Shown here piece by piece: positions 8,534-20,579 of a stretch of 64,000 bases of DNA; position 1 is the first letter of the stretch, and each line of letters begins with the position of its first letter. A program made the translations under genes and the position numbers. The stretch is taken from NCBI GenBank assembly GCA_965116905.1, contig OZ220732.1, positions 2,560,001 through 2,624,000 of the forward strand, read 5' to 3'. Origin of the DNA: Longimicrobiales bacterium. GTDB taxonomy: Bacteria; Gemmatimonadota; Gemmatimonadetes; Longimicrobiales; Gaopeijiaceae. The notes under the pieces were generated by a model. The model did not search any database and was not told where the DNA came from. It saw only the letters and a program-made list of their open reading frames with translations.

Positions 8534-10403
8534 TCATCCCTCCAACACCCCCACCGCCGCCTCCACCCCTGGTCCTCGGTGCGCGGCGACCTCCACGCCC
8601 GCCACTTCGCCCGCCAGCGCCGCCACCGTCTCCCGCGCGATCGCGATCCCTTCCGCGGCGGCGTGATCCGCACCGCGGGCCTCCGCCCGCCGCATCCGCT
8701 CCACCACCCGGTCCGGCAACACCACGCCCGGCACCTCGTTCTTGAGAAAGTGCGCGTGGCGGAGCGACCCGAGCGGCTGGATCGCGGCCACCACGGGGAT
8801 CCCGGGTCCGGGGCCGCCATCGCCATCCCCGCCGCCGCCCCGGTCGCCGTCCCCGATGCCCGCCAGGAACTCGAGCAGGTGGTCGGCGTCGAACACGGGC
8901 TGCGTCACCGCGAAGCGCGCGCCCGCGTCGACCTTCCAGTGGAAGCGGCCCACTTCGCGCGCGGGGTCGCGGGTTCCCTGGCGGAGCGCCACGCCCGCCA
9001 CGAACCCGGGGGGTGGGCCGATATCGTTGCCGGATGGATCGACCCCGCGGTTCATCGCGGTGACCACGTTGGTGAGGCCGATCGAGTCCACGTCGACCAC
9101 GGACCTGTAGTCGGGGTAGGGGGCCGCGCCGGGCGGGTCGCCGGTCAGCAGGAGCACGTTGCGCACCCCGGATGCCGCCGCGCCCAGGAGGTCGCTGATC
9201 ATGCCGAAGAGGGAGCGGTCGCGGCAGGTGTAGTGGGCGAGCGGCTCAGCCGGACACGATTCCGCGATCAGGCCGGCCAGCGCCAGGACGCTCAGCCGGG
9301 CCGTGCGGCGGTCCTCGTGGATGCCGATCACGCCGGCTCCGGCCTGGGCCAGCGCCCGGCAGTCGTCCAGCATCTGCGTCGTGTCCCAGCCGCGGGGGGG
9401 CAGGACCCTGGCCATGGTCACGAACTCGCCGCGCGCGAGACGGCGGCCGAGCTCCGAGCGTGACGCGAGCGGGGGAGGGGACTTGCGTGCGGCAGGCTCA
9501 CCCGCCGAGCGGACCACCCGGACCGAGGTGCGCTGCGGCTGGATCGCTCCCACAGCGTCGGCGATGCTGCGGATGTGTTCGGGGGTCGTGCCGCAGCAGC
9601 CTCCCACGATCCGCGCGCCCGCGTCGATGGCGCGCCGGGCGTATTGAGCCATGTACCCGGGCTCGCTGACGTAAATCTTGCGGTCGCCGACGGCGCGCGG
9701 CAGCCCCGCGTTGGGCACCGCCGCGAGCGGCATCCGGGTGACTTCGGCCATCCGTTCCAGGCCCTCCAGAATGACCGCGGGCCCCACCGAGCAGTTGAGC
9801 CCCACCGCATCGGCGCCCCATTCGTCGGCCGCGCGGGCCGCCTGTTCGGCCGTCGTCCCGTACTGGGTGACGCCGTCCTCGCCCACCGTCACCAGCGCGA
9901 TCACCGGCAGATTGCACCGCGACCCCACCGCGCGGAACGCCTGCCGCAGCTCGGTCAGGTCCGCAAACGTCTCGAGCACGAAGCCGTCGACGCCGCCCGC
10001 CAGCAGCCCGTCCACCTGCCGCCCGAAGTAGTTGCGGGCCTCTTCCAGCGATGTCGGGCCGAGCGGCTCGAGCCGGATCCCCAGCGGCCCGATGGCGCCA
10101 ACCACCGCCGCGCGCCCGGACGCGGTCCGCACGGCAATCGACGCGGCCTGCGCGTTGAGTTCCTCGGTCCGTTCGTCCAGCCCGTGCGATGACAGCTTGA
10201 CCGGGTTCGCGCCGAACGTGTTGGTCTCGATGATTTCGGCCCCAGCCCGGATGTACTGCTCGTGCACGCCCTCGACCAGCTCCGGGTGCGTGGCGTTCAG
10301 CTCGTCGTAGCAGACGTTCAGGAAGACGCCGCGCGCGTAGATCATGGTGCCCATTGCGCCATCCATCACGTGGACGCGCTCGCCGCCGAGCATCTCCCGC
10401 AGG

Positions 10404-10411
<8 letters not shown>
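8534..10411 (-). CDS. yitJ: Bifunctional homocysteine S-methyltransferase / methylenetetrahydrofolate reductase
   Basis: [39 protein letters not shown], then an MTHFR domain ([28 protein letters not shown]). Confidence 0.92.
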
Positions 10412-14120
<3,709 letters not shown>

Positions 14121-14202
14121 CTTGTGTCCCGCACTTCCCGCCAGTCCGCCCGTGCGGAAGGGCCGACCCCTGTCCAGCGGGTCTGTGGTCCTCCCGGCGG
14201 GC

Positions 14203-14250
14203 GTGGCTTTTTAGCTGTTCGCTGGCCGCAATACGCCACAAATCGCCTTA
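14203..14250 (-). ncRNA. SAM-II riboswitch aptamer
   Basis: Minus strand GGC-GAUUU-GUGGC-GUAUUGC-GGCC-AGCGAACA-GCUAAAAA-GCCAC: SAM-II core GAUUU...UUGC...GCUAAA plus pseudoknot GUGGC/GCCAC, upstream of metH. Confidence 0.8.
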
Positions 14251-14375
14251 CGCTTCGGCCCATCGCCGGTAAACGGCACAGGCCGTTGAAGTTGCAACGA
14301 TAGCGGAATCGGCGGGGGGATTCCAGCCGGGGAACCAACCGGTCGCACCGGTGTGGGCCGCCCCCCGCTCACAAC

Positions 14376-14431
14376 CCGTCGTGCTCATAGTTTAGCTTAG
14401 ATAATAACCTGAACTATGAGCAGCACGACGG
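14376..14431. repeat. 56-bp imperfect palindrome with AT-rich core
   Basis: CCGTCGT-GCTCATAGTTTAGCTTA-GATAA-TAACCTGAACTATGAGC-AGC-ACGACGG. Confidence 0.85.
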
Positions 14432-14624
14432 CGTACACCGAGCACGGTTCGCTCGCGTTTGAGGACTGATCGCGGGCGCGTGTGGCTGAGCCGCTCCCAG
14501 GGCTGACCGCGTGCGGCGCCGGCATTTAGCGCGCCGTGCCACGATCCCGGTTAGTATTGGTGTTGTTGTGGAGTCGGCAGCCGACGGGCGGTGGGACCAT
14601 ATCGTGACCGGAGCAGAGCGGAGA

Positions 14625-16106
14625 ATGCGTCGACAGGCAAAGGACACTCCCACGGACAACCAGGTACCGGACACGTCTGGCGATCCGCCCCCGAACGGTC
14701 TCCGGATGTCCGCCCCGGCCATGCTCGACCTGGCCGCCAGGGCGGCCGAGGCTCTCGTCAGGCGCAGCGAGGAGTTGGACCGGACGGACGCATGGGACGG
14801 AGAGTTCCGTGACGAGCTTGTCGAGAAGCTCATGGAGGATCCACCCGAGCATGGCAGGGCTCCCGACGAGGTCCTGGAGCAGGCTCTGGCCGACATCTTT
14901 CCTCCGGCGCTTCGCCTCGACCATCCCCGCTCCTTCGGCTTCGTGCCGTCGTGTCCCACCTGGCCGGGCGTTGTCGCGGACTTCCTTGCCGCCGGCCACA
15001 ACGTCAACGCCTGCAACTGGCTCATCTCCAGTGGCGCCAGCCAGCTCGAATGCGTGGTCATCGACTGGTTTCGCGAATGGCTGGGCTACCCGGACACGGC
15101 CGGTGGGCTGCTGACGAGCGGTGGTTCGGCCGCGAGCCTGGACGCGCTCGTGGCCGCGAGGGAGGCCGCCGGATACCCGGAGCGCGCCAGCGTCTACATG
15201 AGCGATCAAAGTCACAGTGCACACCAGAGGGCCGTGAAGATCGTGGGCATCCGCCCGGAACACGCCCGAATCGTGCCCAGCGACGACCGTTTTCGGATCG
15301 ACATGGGCGAACTGGCGTCGATGGTGGCGGCAGATCGCGCCGCCGGACTGAAGCCCATTGCGGTGTGCGCGAACGCCGGCGCTACCGCGACCGGGGCCGT
15401 CGACCCGCTGGAGGAGCTGGCCGACCTGTGCGCATCGGAGGGCATGTGGCTGCATGCCGACGCCGCATACGGCGGGTTCGCCGTCGTGACCGAACGAGGC
15501 AAGCGGATCCTGCGCGGGATCGAGCGCGCCGACTCGGTCGTGCTCGACGCCCACAAGTGGTTCTTCCAGCCCTACGAAGTGGGCTGCCTCATGGTCCGTG
15601 ACATCTCGACGCTCGAGAAGCCGTTCGCGATCCGGCCCGACTTCCTGCAGGATGCGTTGTGGGGCTCGGGTCATCCCAACTTCTGGGACCGCGGCCTGCA
15701 GATGAGCCGCTCCGCGCGGGCGCTCAAGATCTGGATGTCGGTGCAGACCTTCGGGATGGCGGCCTTCAGGCGCGCCATTTCCAACGGGATGGATTTGGCC
15801 GCCCGTGCCCAGGAGTACATCGACGCAAGCCCCGTGCTGGCGTGCACGAGCCCCGCGTCGCTGAGCATCGTGTGCTTCCGTGTCGATCCGGCCGGCCGGG
15901 ACGTTGCAGACGACGATCTGGACGAGGTCAATCGCACCGTGCTGGCCCGCCTTTTCTGGGAGGACCCGGCGTTCATGTCCTCGGCCATGCCCCGCGGACT
16001 GTTTTCGCTGCGGCTCTGCATCGTCAACCACAACACCACCTGGGACGATGTCCGGGAGACGCTGGAGGCCGCCGAACGCTTCGGGAGGGATGCGCTCGGC
16101 GGCTAG
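14625..16106 (+). CDS. Group II PLP-dependent decarboxylase (aromatic-L-amino-acid decarboxylase-like)
   Basis: HPRSFGFVP, TSGGSAA, SDQSHS, GATATGAVD, HADAAYGG, DAHKW (PLP lysine), RALKIW. Start uncertain (14604/14625/14706). Confidence 0.9.
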   Translation: MRRQAKDTPTDNQVPDTSGDPPPNGLRMSAPAMLDLAARAAEALVRRSEELDRTDAWDGEFRDELVEKLMEDPPEHGRAPDEVLEQALADIFPPALRLDHPRSFGFVPSCPTWPGVVADFLAAGHNVNACNWLISSGASQLECVVIDWFREWLGYPDTAGGLLTSGGSAASLDALVAAREAAGYPERASVYMSDQSHSAHQRAVKIVGIRPEHARIVPSDDRFRIDMGELASMVAADRAAGLKPIAVCANAGATATGAVDPLEELADLCASEGMWLHADAAYGGFAVVTERGKRILRGIERADSVVLDAHKWFFQPYEVGCLMVRDISTLEKPFAIRPDFLQDALWGSGHPNFWDRGLQMSRSARALKIWMSVQTFGMAAFRRAISNGMDLAARAQEYIDASPVLACTSPASLSIVCFRVDPAGRDVADDDLDEVNRTVLARLFWEDPAFMSSAMPRGLFSLRLCIVNHNTTWDDVRETLEAAERFGRDALGG

Positions 16107-16155
16107 GAGCCGCCCGCCGGCTAGGGTTCCGCCCGCCGGCTAGGGTCCCCCCCGC
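16101..16155. repeat. 18-19-bp tandem repeat x3 joining two convergent stop codons
   Basis: Degenerate GGCTAGG...CCGCCCGCC units; the CTAG of copy 1 gives the + strand TAG and that of copy 3 the - strand TAG. Confidence 0.8.
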
Positions 16156-19100
16156 TTCTCCGGCCCCATCTGCAACGTTGCGAGCGCCGGAACGATCACC
16201 ATCAGCACGCCGGTTGCGGCGATGATCCCGAAGCCCAGTGAGGCCGCCATGGGAATCAGGAAGCGCGCCTGCAGGTCCTGCTCCAGGATGAGGGGGGCGA
16301 CACCCAGAAAGGTGGTCAGCGAGGTCAGGAAGATCGGGCGGAAGCGCGCCTTGGCGCCGCCGATGATCGCCTCTCGGACGGGCATGCCCGCGCGTCGCCG
16401 CTCGGTAATGAAGTCGATCATCACGATGGAGTCGTTGACGACCACGCCGCTGAGGCCCACGAAGCCGAAGATGGAGGTGGCGGCAATCTCGAAGCCCAGA
16501 AGCAGGTGGCCCAGCACCGCGCCCACCAGGCCGAACGGGATCGCGGCCATGACGATCAGGGGGCGGATGTACGAACGGAACGGGATCGCCAGCAACGCGT
16601 AGACCGCGAACATCGCGAGGGCGAAGCCACGGCCCAGAGCTCCCATCGACTCGGCGACCTCGCGGCGCTCGCCGGCGAACGAGTGCTCGAGGCCGGGATC
16701 CCTGGCCGACATCTCCTGCAGGACCGCGTCGAGCCGCTGTGTCGCGGGCTGTGTCGCAGAGGTTTGCGCGTCGGCCGTGACGGCCGTGACGCGGCTGCCG
16801 TCCTGGCGCCGGATCACGATGGGCGAATTCCCGAACCGCGCCGCCGCGACCTGGCCGAGGTGGACCGCGCCTCCCGTCGGGGTGCGAACCTGGTAGGTCT
16901 CCAGGTCGGCGATCGCGTTGCGTTCGTGCTCGGGAAGACGGGCATAGACGCGGACCTCCTCGCGGTCCCGCTGCAGCCGCACCACCTCCTCGCCGAAGAA
17001 CGCGGCGCGGACCTGGCGGGCCAGGTCGTCGAGAGCGAGGCCCAGCGTCCTGGCTGCGGGCTTCAGCTCCAGTTGAATCTCGCGGACCCCCTGGTCCTGA
17101 TCCGATCGCACATCGAAGATCCCCGGCCACCCGCGCAGGAGGCCGGCAACGGTATCCGTGACCGCGGTCAGCCGAACCGGATCCGGATGCGCGAGTTCCA
17201 CATGCACGGGGCGGCCCAGGTCGACGAGATTGGCGCTGAAGGACAGGCTGCGGTAGCCCGCGATGTCCCCGGCCTCGTCGCGCCAGGCCTGCTCAACGGC
17301 TGAAGCGGTAATGGTGCGGCGCTCGGCGTCCAGGAGCCTGAACTCCACCGTCGCGATGTGCGCGCGGGGTCCCGAGTCGGGAGCCCCGCCGGGACCCGTC
17401 ACGGCGGCCCCGAGGGTTGTCGGCGCCCCGCCCAGCGTGACTGCGACTCCGGTCAGCAGCGGTTCCGCTCCCGCGCCTGCTCCCGCGTCTGCTCCCGCGT
17501 CCGCCCCCGCGCCTGCCGCCGCGTCCGCCCCCGCGTCCGCCCCCTCCGACCGTCCGGTCGACAGCCGGTCGACGGCCCGCCGTCCGGCGTCCTCCAGCTC
17601 CTGCGCCACGCTCGCGGTGCGTGCCCGTGGCGTGCCCTCGGGCATTTCCAGGCTTGCGGTCACGAGGTCGCCCTCGACGGTGGGCGTGAACGCCACTCCG
17701 ACGATACCGGCCGGAATCATCGCGATGCAGACGATGAGGACGCCCGCTCCCCCCGCAATGACGATCCCGGGCCTGGACGTCGCAAAGCGCAGAATGCGAT
17801 CCAGCGGACCGTTGACGAACCGCTCCAGCCCTCGGTTCACGCGGGCCTGCACGCGCTTGTGGAGGCGGACCCGCGCGCGATTGTGGAGGCCTCGCTCCTG
17901 GAACCCGCCGGCCGGGAGTCCGGAGAGATGGTTGGGCAGCACCAGCAGCGATTCCAGCAGTGAGAACAGCAGCACCGAAATCACGACAACGGGAATCGCC
18001 TCGGCCATCGCTCCGACCGAGCTGGGGACGAAAAACAGGGGAAGGAAGGCCACCACGGTGGTCAGAACGCCGAATGTCACCGGTGCCCGCACGCGCCGCG
18101 CACCGCGGATTGCCGCCGCCAGCCCGCCGTGTCCCCGGTCGCGCTCCGCGGCGATGTTCTCGCCCACCACGACTGCATCGTCCACGACGATACCGACCGC
18201 CAGAATGAACGCGAAGAGCGAGGTCAGGTTGATCGAGACGTCGAGCACCGACATGACGGCCAGCGTTCCGACGAACGAGACCGCGATGCCTGCCGCGACC
18301 CAGAACGCCAGCCTGAGGTCCAGAAACAGCGTGAGCACGCCCAGCACCAGCAGAAGGCCCAGTAACCCGTTCTTGAGCATCAGGCCAAGGCGGGCGGCGA
18401 GGGGGTCCGCGTCGTTGCTCCACACGTCCACGCGCACCCCTGGCGGCAGTCCCGGGGCCACACTCTCGCGCAGCTGCCGCTCGACGGCTTCCGAGATGTC
18501 CAGAACGCGCTCGTCCGCGGTCCTGTAGACCTCGATGAAGGCGGCCGGCTGCCCATTGTAGCGGCTGACCAGTCCACCTTCGGCGAACCCGTCGCGCACT
18601 TCGGAGATGTCCCCCAGCCGAACCGTCGTGCCGTCGCTGCCGGCCAGCACGATGATGTTCTCGAAGTCGTGCTGGGTGTAGCTGCGGCCGGCGGTCCGGA
18701 TCCGGACCTGCTCGCCCGGCGTGTCGATGCTGCCCGCCGACAGCTCCAGCGTGCCGCTCCGGACCGCTGCGGCCACATCCGACAGCGTGAGGCCCAGCGC
18801 GTTCAGACGGCCGGTCGGCACCTCGATCGAGATCTCGTAGTCGCGCACGCTGCTCGTCCGCACATCCGAGACCGCCGGCAGCGACGAGAGTTCGTCCTCC
18901 ACGCGGTGGGCCAGCTCCTTGAGAGTCCGCTCCTGGACCTCCCCGTAGAGGGCGATCCGCATGACGCTGCGCCGGGACGTCATTTCTGTCACCGCGGGTC
19001 GCTCGGCACCCGCCGGGAGCGTCGGGATGCCGTCGACGGCCGCCTTGATCTCGTCCAGCAACCGGTCGGCGTCGGCGCCTCTGGCGAGTTCGGCGACCAC

Positions 19101-19379
19101 CGACCCGAGTCCCTCCGAAGCCACCGACGCAACGCTCCTGACGCCCTCGAGCGACCGAATCCGCTCCTCGATCCGGCGGACGATGGATTCGTCCACCTCC
19201 GCCGGCGATGCGCCCGGGTACTGGACGGACACCTGAATCCGGTCCAGCGAGTGTTCCGGAAGCACCTCCTGGTCCAGGCTCCCGAGGGAGAGGAGTCCCG
19301 CCGCGAGGATCCCGACCATCAGCAGGTTGGACGCGACGCCGTTGCGGGCCATCCACGCGATCGGGCCCGCGGCCGTCAA
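16140..19379 (-). CDS. RND efflux permease (AcrB/AcrD/AcrF family)
   Basis: MARNGVASNLLM, YPGASPAEV, GIVVDDAVVVGENI, SGVVVNDSIV, RFRPIFLTSLTT; TTG start overlaps the upstream TGA. Confidence 0.92.
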   Translation of the reverse strand: MTAAGPIAWMARNGVASNLLMVGILAAGLLSLGSLDQEVLPEHSLDRIQVSVQYPGASPAEVDESIVRRIEERIRSLEGVRSVASVASEGLGSVVAELARGADADRLLDEIKAAVDGIPTLPAGAERPAVTEMTSRRSVMRIALYGEVQERTLKELAHRVEDELSSLPAVSDVRTSSVRDYEISIEVPTGRLNALGLTLSDVAAAVRSGTLELSAGSIDTPGEQVRIRTAGRSYTQHDFENIIVLAGSDGTTVRLGDISEVRDGFAEGGLVSRYNGQPAAFIEVYRTADERVLDISEAVERQLRESVAPGLPPGVRVDVWSNDADPLAARLGLMLKNGLLGLLLVLGVLTLFLDLRLAFWVAAGIAVSFVGTLAVMSVLDVSINLTSLFAFILAVGIVVDDAVVVGENIAAERDRGHGGLAAAIRGARRVRAPVTFGVLTTVVAFLPLFFVPSSVGAMAEAIPVVVISVLLFSLLESLLVLPNHLSGLPAGGFQERGLHNRARVRLHKRVQARVNRGLERFVNGPLDRILRFATSRPGIVIAGGAGVLIVCIAMIPAGIVGVAFTPTVEGDLVTASLEMPEGTPRARTASVAQELEDAGRRAVDRLSTGRSEGADAGADAAAGAGADAGADAGAGAGAEPLLTGVAVTLGGAPTTLGAAVTGPGGAPDSGPRAHIATVEFRLLDAERRTITASAVEQAWRDEAGDIAGYRSLSFSANLVDLGRPVHVELAHPDPVRLTAVTDTVAGLLRGWPGIFDVRSDQDQGVREIQLELKPAARTLGLALDDLARQVRAAFFGEEVVRLQRDREEVRVYARLPEHERNAIADLETYQVRTPTGGAVHLGQVAAARFGNSPIVIRRQDGSRVTAVTADAQTSATQPATQRLDAVLQEMSARDPGLEHSFAGERREVAESMGALGRGFALAMFAVYALLAIPFRSYIRPLIVMAAIPFGLVGAVLGHLLLGFEIAATSIFGFVGLSGVVVNDSIVMIDFITERRRAGMPVREAIIGGAKARFRPIFLTSLTTFLGVAPLILEQDLQARFLIPMAASLGFGIIAATGVLMVIVPALATLQMGPEKRGGP

Positions 19380-20569
19380 GTCGCCCCCCTCGGATAGCGG
19401 CGCCCGTTCAGCTGCTTCCCGATGAACGTCGGCCGCACGAAGTAGTGGTACGTCAACAGGATCAGGCCGATCGCCGTGACCGCGACGAGCGCGAACTTGA
19501 CCATCCCCGGCAGCGGCACGCCCGCCAGCGGAATGGGCAGCAGCATGACGAACGGCACGTGGACGATGTAGATCCAGTACGAGGCGTCCGCCATGTAGCG
19601 CCAGCGCGGGCTCGGCTTGCCCATGTAGCGCAGGAACAGTCCGATCAGGCCGTAGGTCATGAACCACATGGACAGCGCGAGGAAGACGACGGCCGGCAGG
19701 TGCCCCTCACCGGCCTCCGGGCAAGTCCTGTCCGGCTTGGGGGGGCAGCCCATCTCGAAGAAGTGCCGATACACGAGGAAGCACAGGATTCCGGCGGCGA
19801 GGAGGGCCCAGGCCGGGCGCTTGAAGCCCTCCAGCGTCCGGCGTCTGCGAAACAGCATCCACCCGAACCCGAAGAACAGGCCGTAAAGCGCCAGCTGGCG
19901 CGGGGCGGGGAAGGGGCCGGCGTAGTAGTCGATCGCCCACGACTCCATCCGGTAAAGGATGAGGCCCGCGGCCAGGATCAGCACCGCGATGCCTCCGCGG
20001 TGCAGCCAGTGCTCGAACAGGTCCATCGCCCGTGTGCGCGCGGCTGCGGGGATCCGGGCGACGAGCGGGCGAAGAACGGTTGCGGCCACGCACAGGATCA
20101 TCAGGTGGTACAGGAACCACAGATGCATGAACAGGTGGTCCAGGGCCCTGGACGAGGTCAGCTCCGAGAGGCTGTAGGCGGCGTTCGGCGGGGTGGCGCT
20201 GAACTGGGCGGCGAACGGCACGATGAAGAACATCGTGACCGCAAGCAGCGGCCATGCCACCAGGAACGGCACCCCGATCCGGCTCCATCGGTGCCGCAGG
20301 AATCCTCGAGAGCCGCGCGTGTCGAGCAGGTACGCGGCAAAGAACCCGGCGATCGCAAAGAAGACGGGCAGGTGGAACACGCGGATGAAGACGACCACCC
20401 AGTAGGCGAGCATGTCGGCCTGGGGGTCGCGGTACGGCCACTCGAAGAAGACGATGGGGACGTAGCTGACCGCCGCGTGGCGAACCACCCCGAGCAACAT
20501 CATGGACGCGCGCAGCCGGTCGAGGGCGTGGTACCGGGGGAGGCTGACCTCCGGTCGAGCGCCCGTCAA
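19376..20569 (-). CDS. Acyltransferase family 3 membrane protein (OpgC/MdoC-like)
   Basis: RYHALDRLRASMMLLGVVRH, FHLPVFFAIAGFF, HLWFLY, DASYWIYIVH; many hydrophobic segments. Confidence 0.88.
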   Translation of the reverse strand: MTGARPEVSLPRYHALDRLRASMMLLGVVRHAAVSYVPIVFFEWPYRDPQADMLAYWVVVFIRVFHLPVFFAIAGFFAAYLLDTRGSRGFLRHRWSRIGVPFLVAWPLLAVTMFFIVPFAAQFSATPPNAAYSLSELTSSRALDHLFMHLWFLYHLMILCVAATVLRPLVARIPAAARTRAMDLFEHWLHRGGIAVLILAAGLILYRMESWAIDYYAGPFPAPRQLALYGLFFGFGWMLFRRRRTLEGFKRPAWALLAAGILCFLVYRHFFEMGCPPKPDRTCPEAGEGHLPAVVFLALSMWFMTYGLIGLFLRYMGKPSPRWRYMADASYWIYIVHVPFVMLLPIPLAGVPLPGMVKFALVAVTAIGLILLTYHYFVRPTFIGKQLNGRRYPRGAT

Positions 20570-20579
20570 GCGATCTGAC

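Noticed and set aside
14383..14421. Palindrome as a DtxR box, dif, attC or protelomerase site
   Set aside because: Two bases longer than the 19-bp DtxR consensus, no XerC/XerD arms, GTT/AAC cores in the wrong order for attC, and a non-palindromic centre.
19380..19667. N-terminal extension of the RND ORF (and similar extensions at 55659-56732, 46937-47257, 1630-2268)
   Set aside because: These overlap real upstream genes in another frame; coupled starts at stop/start overlaps explain the genes better.
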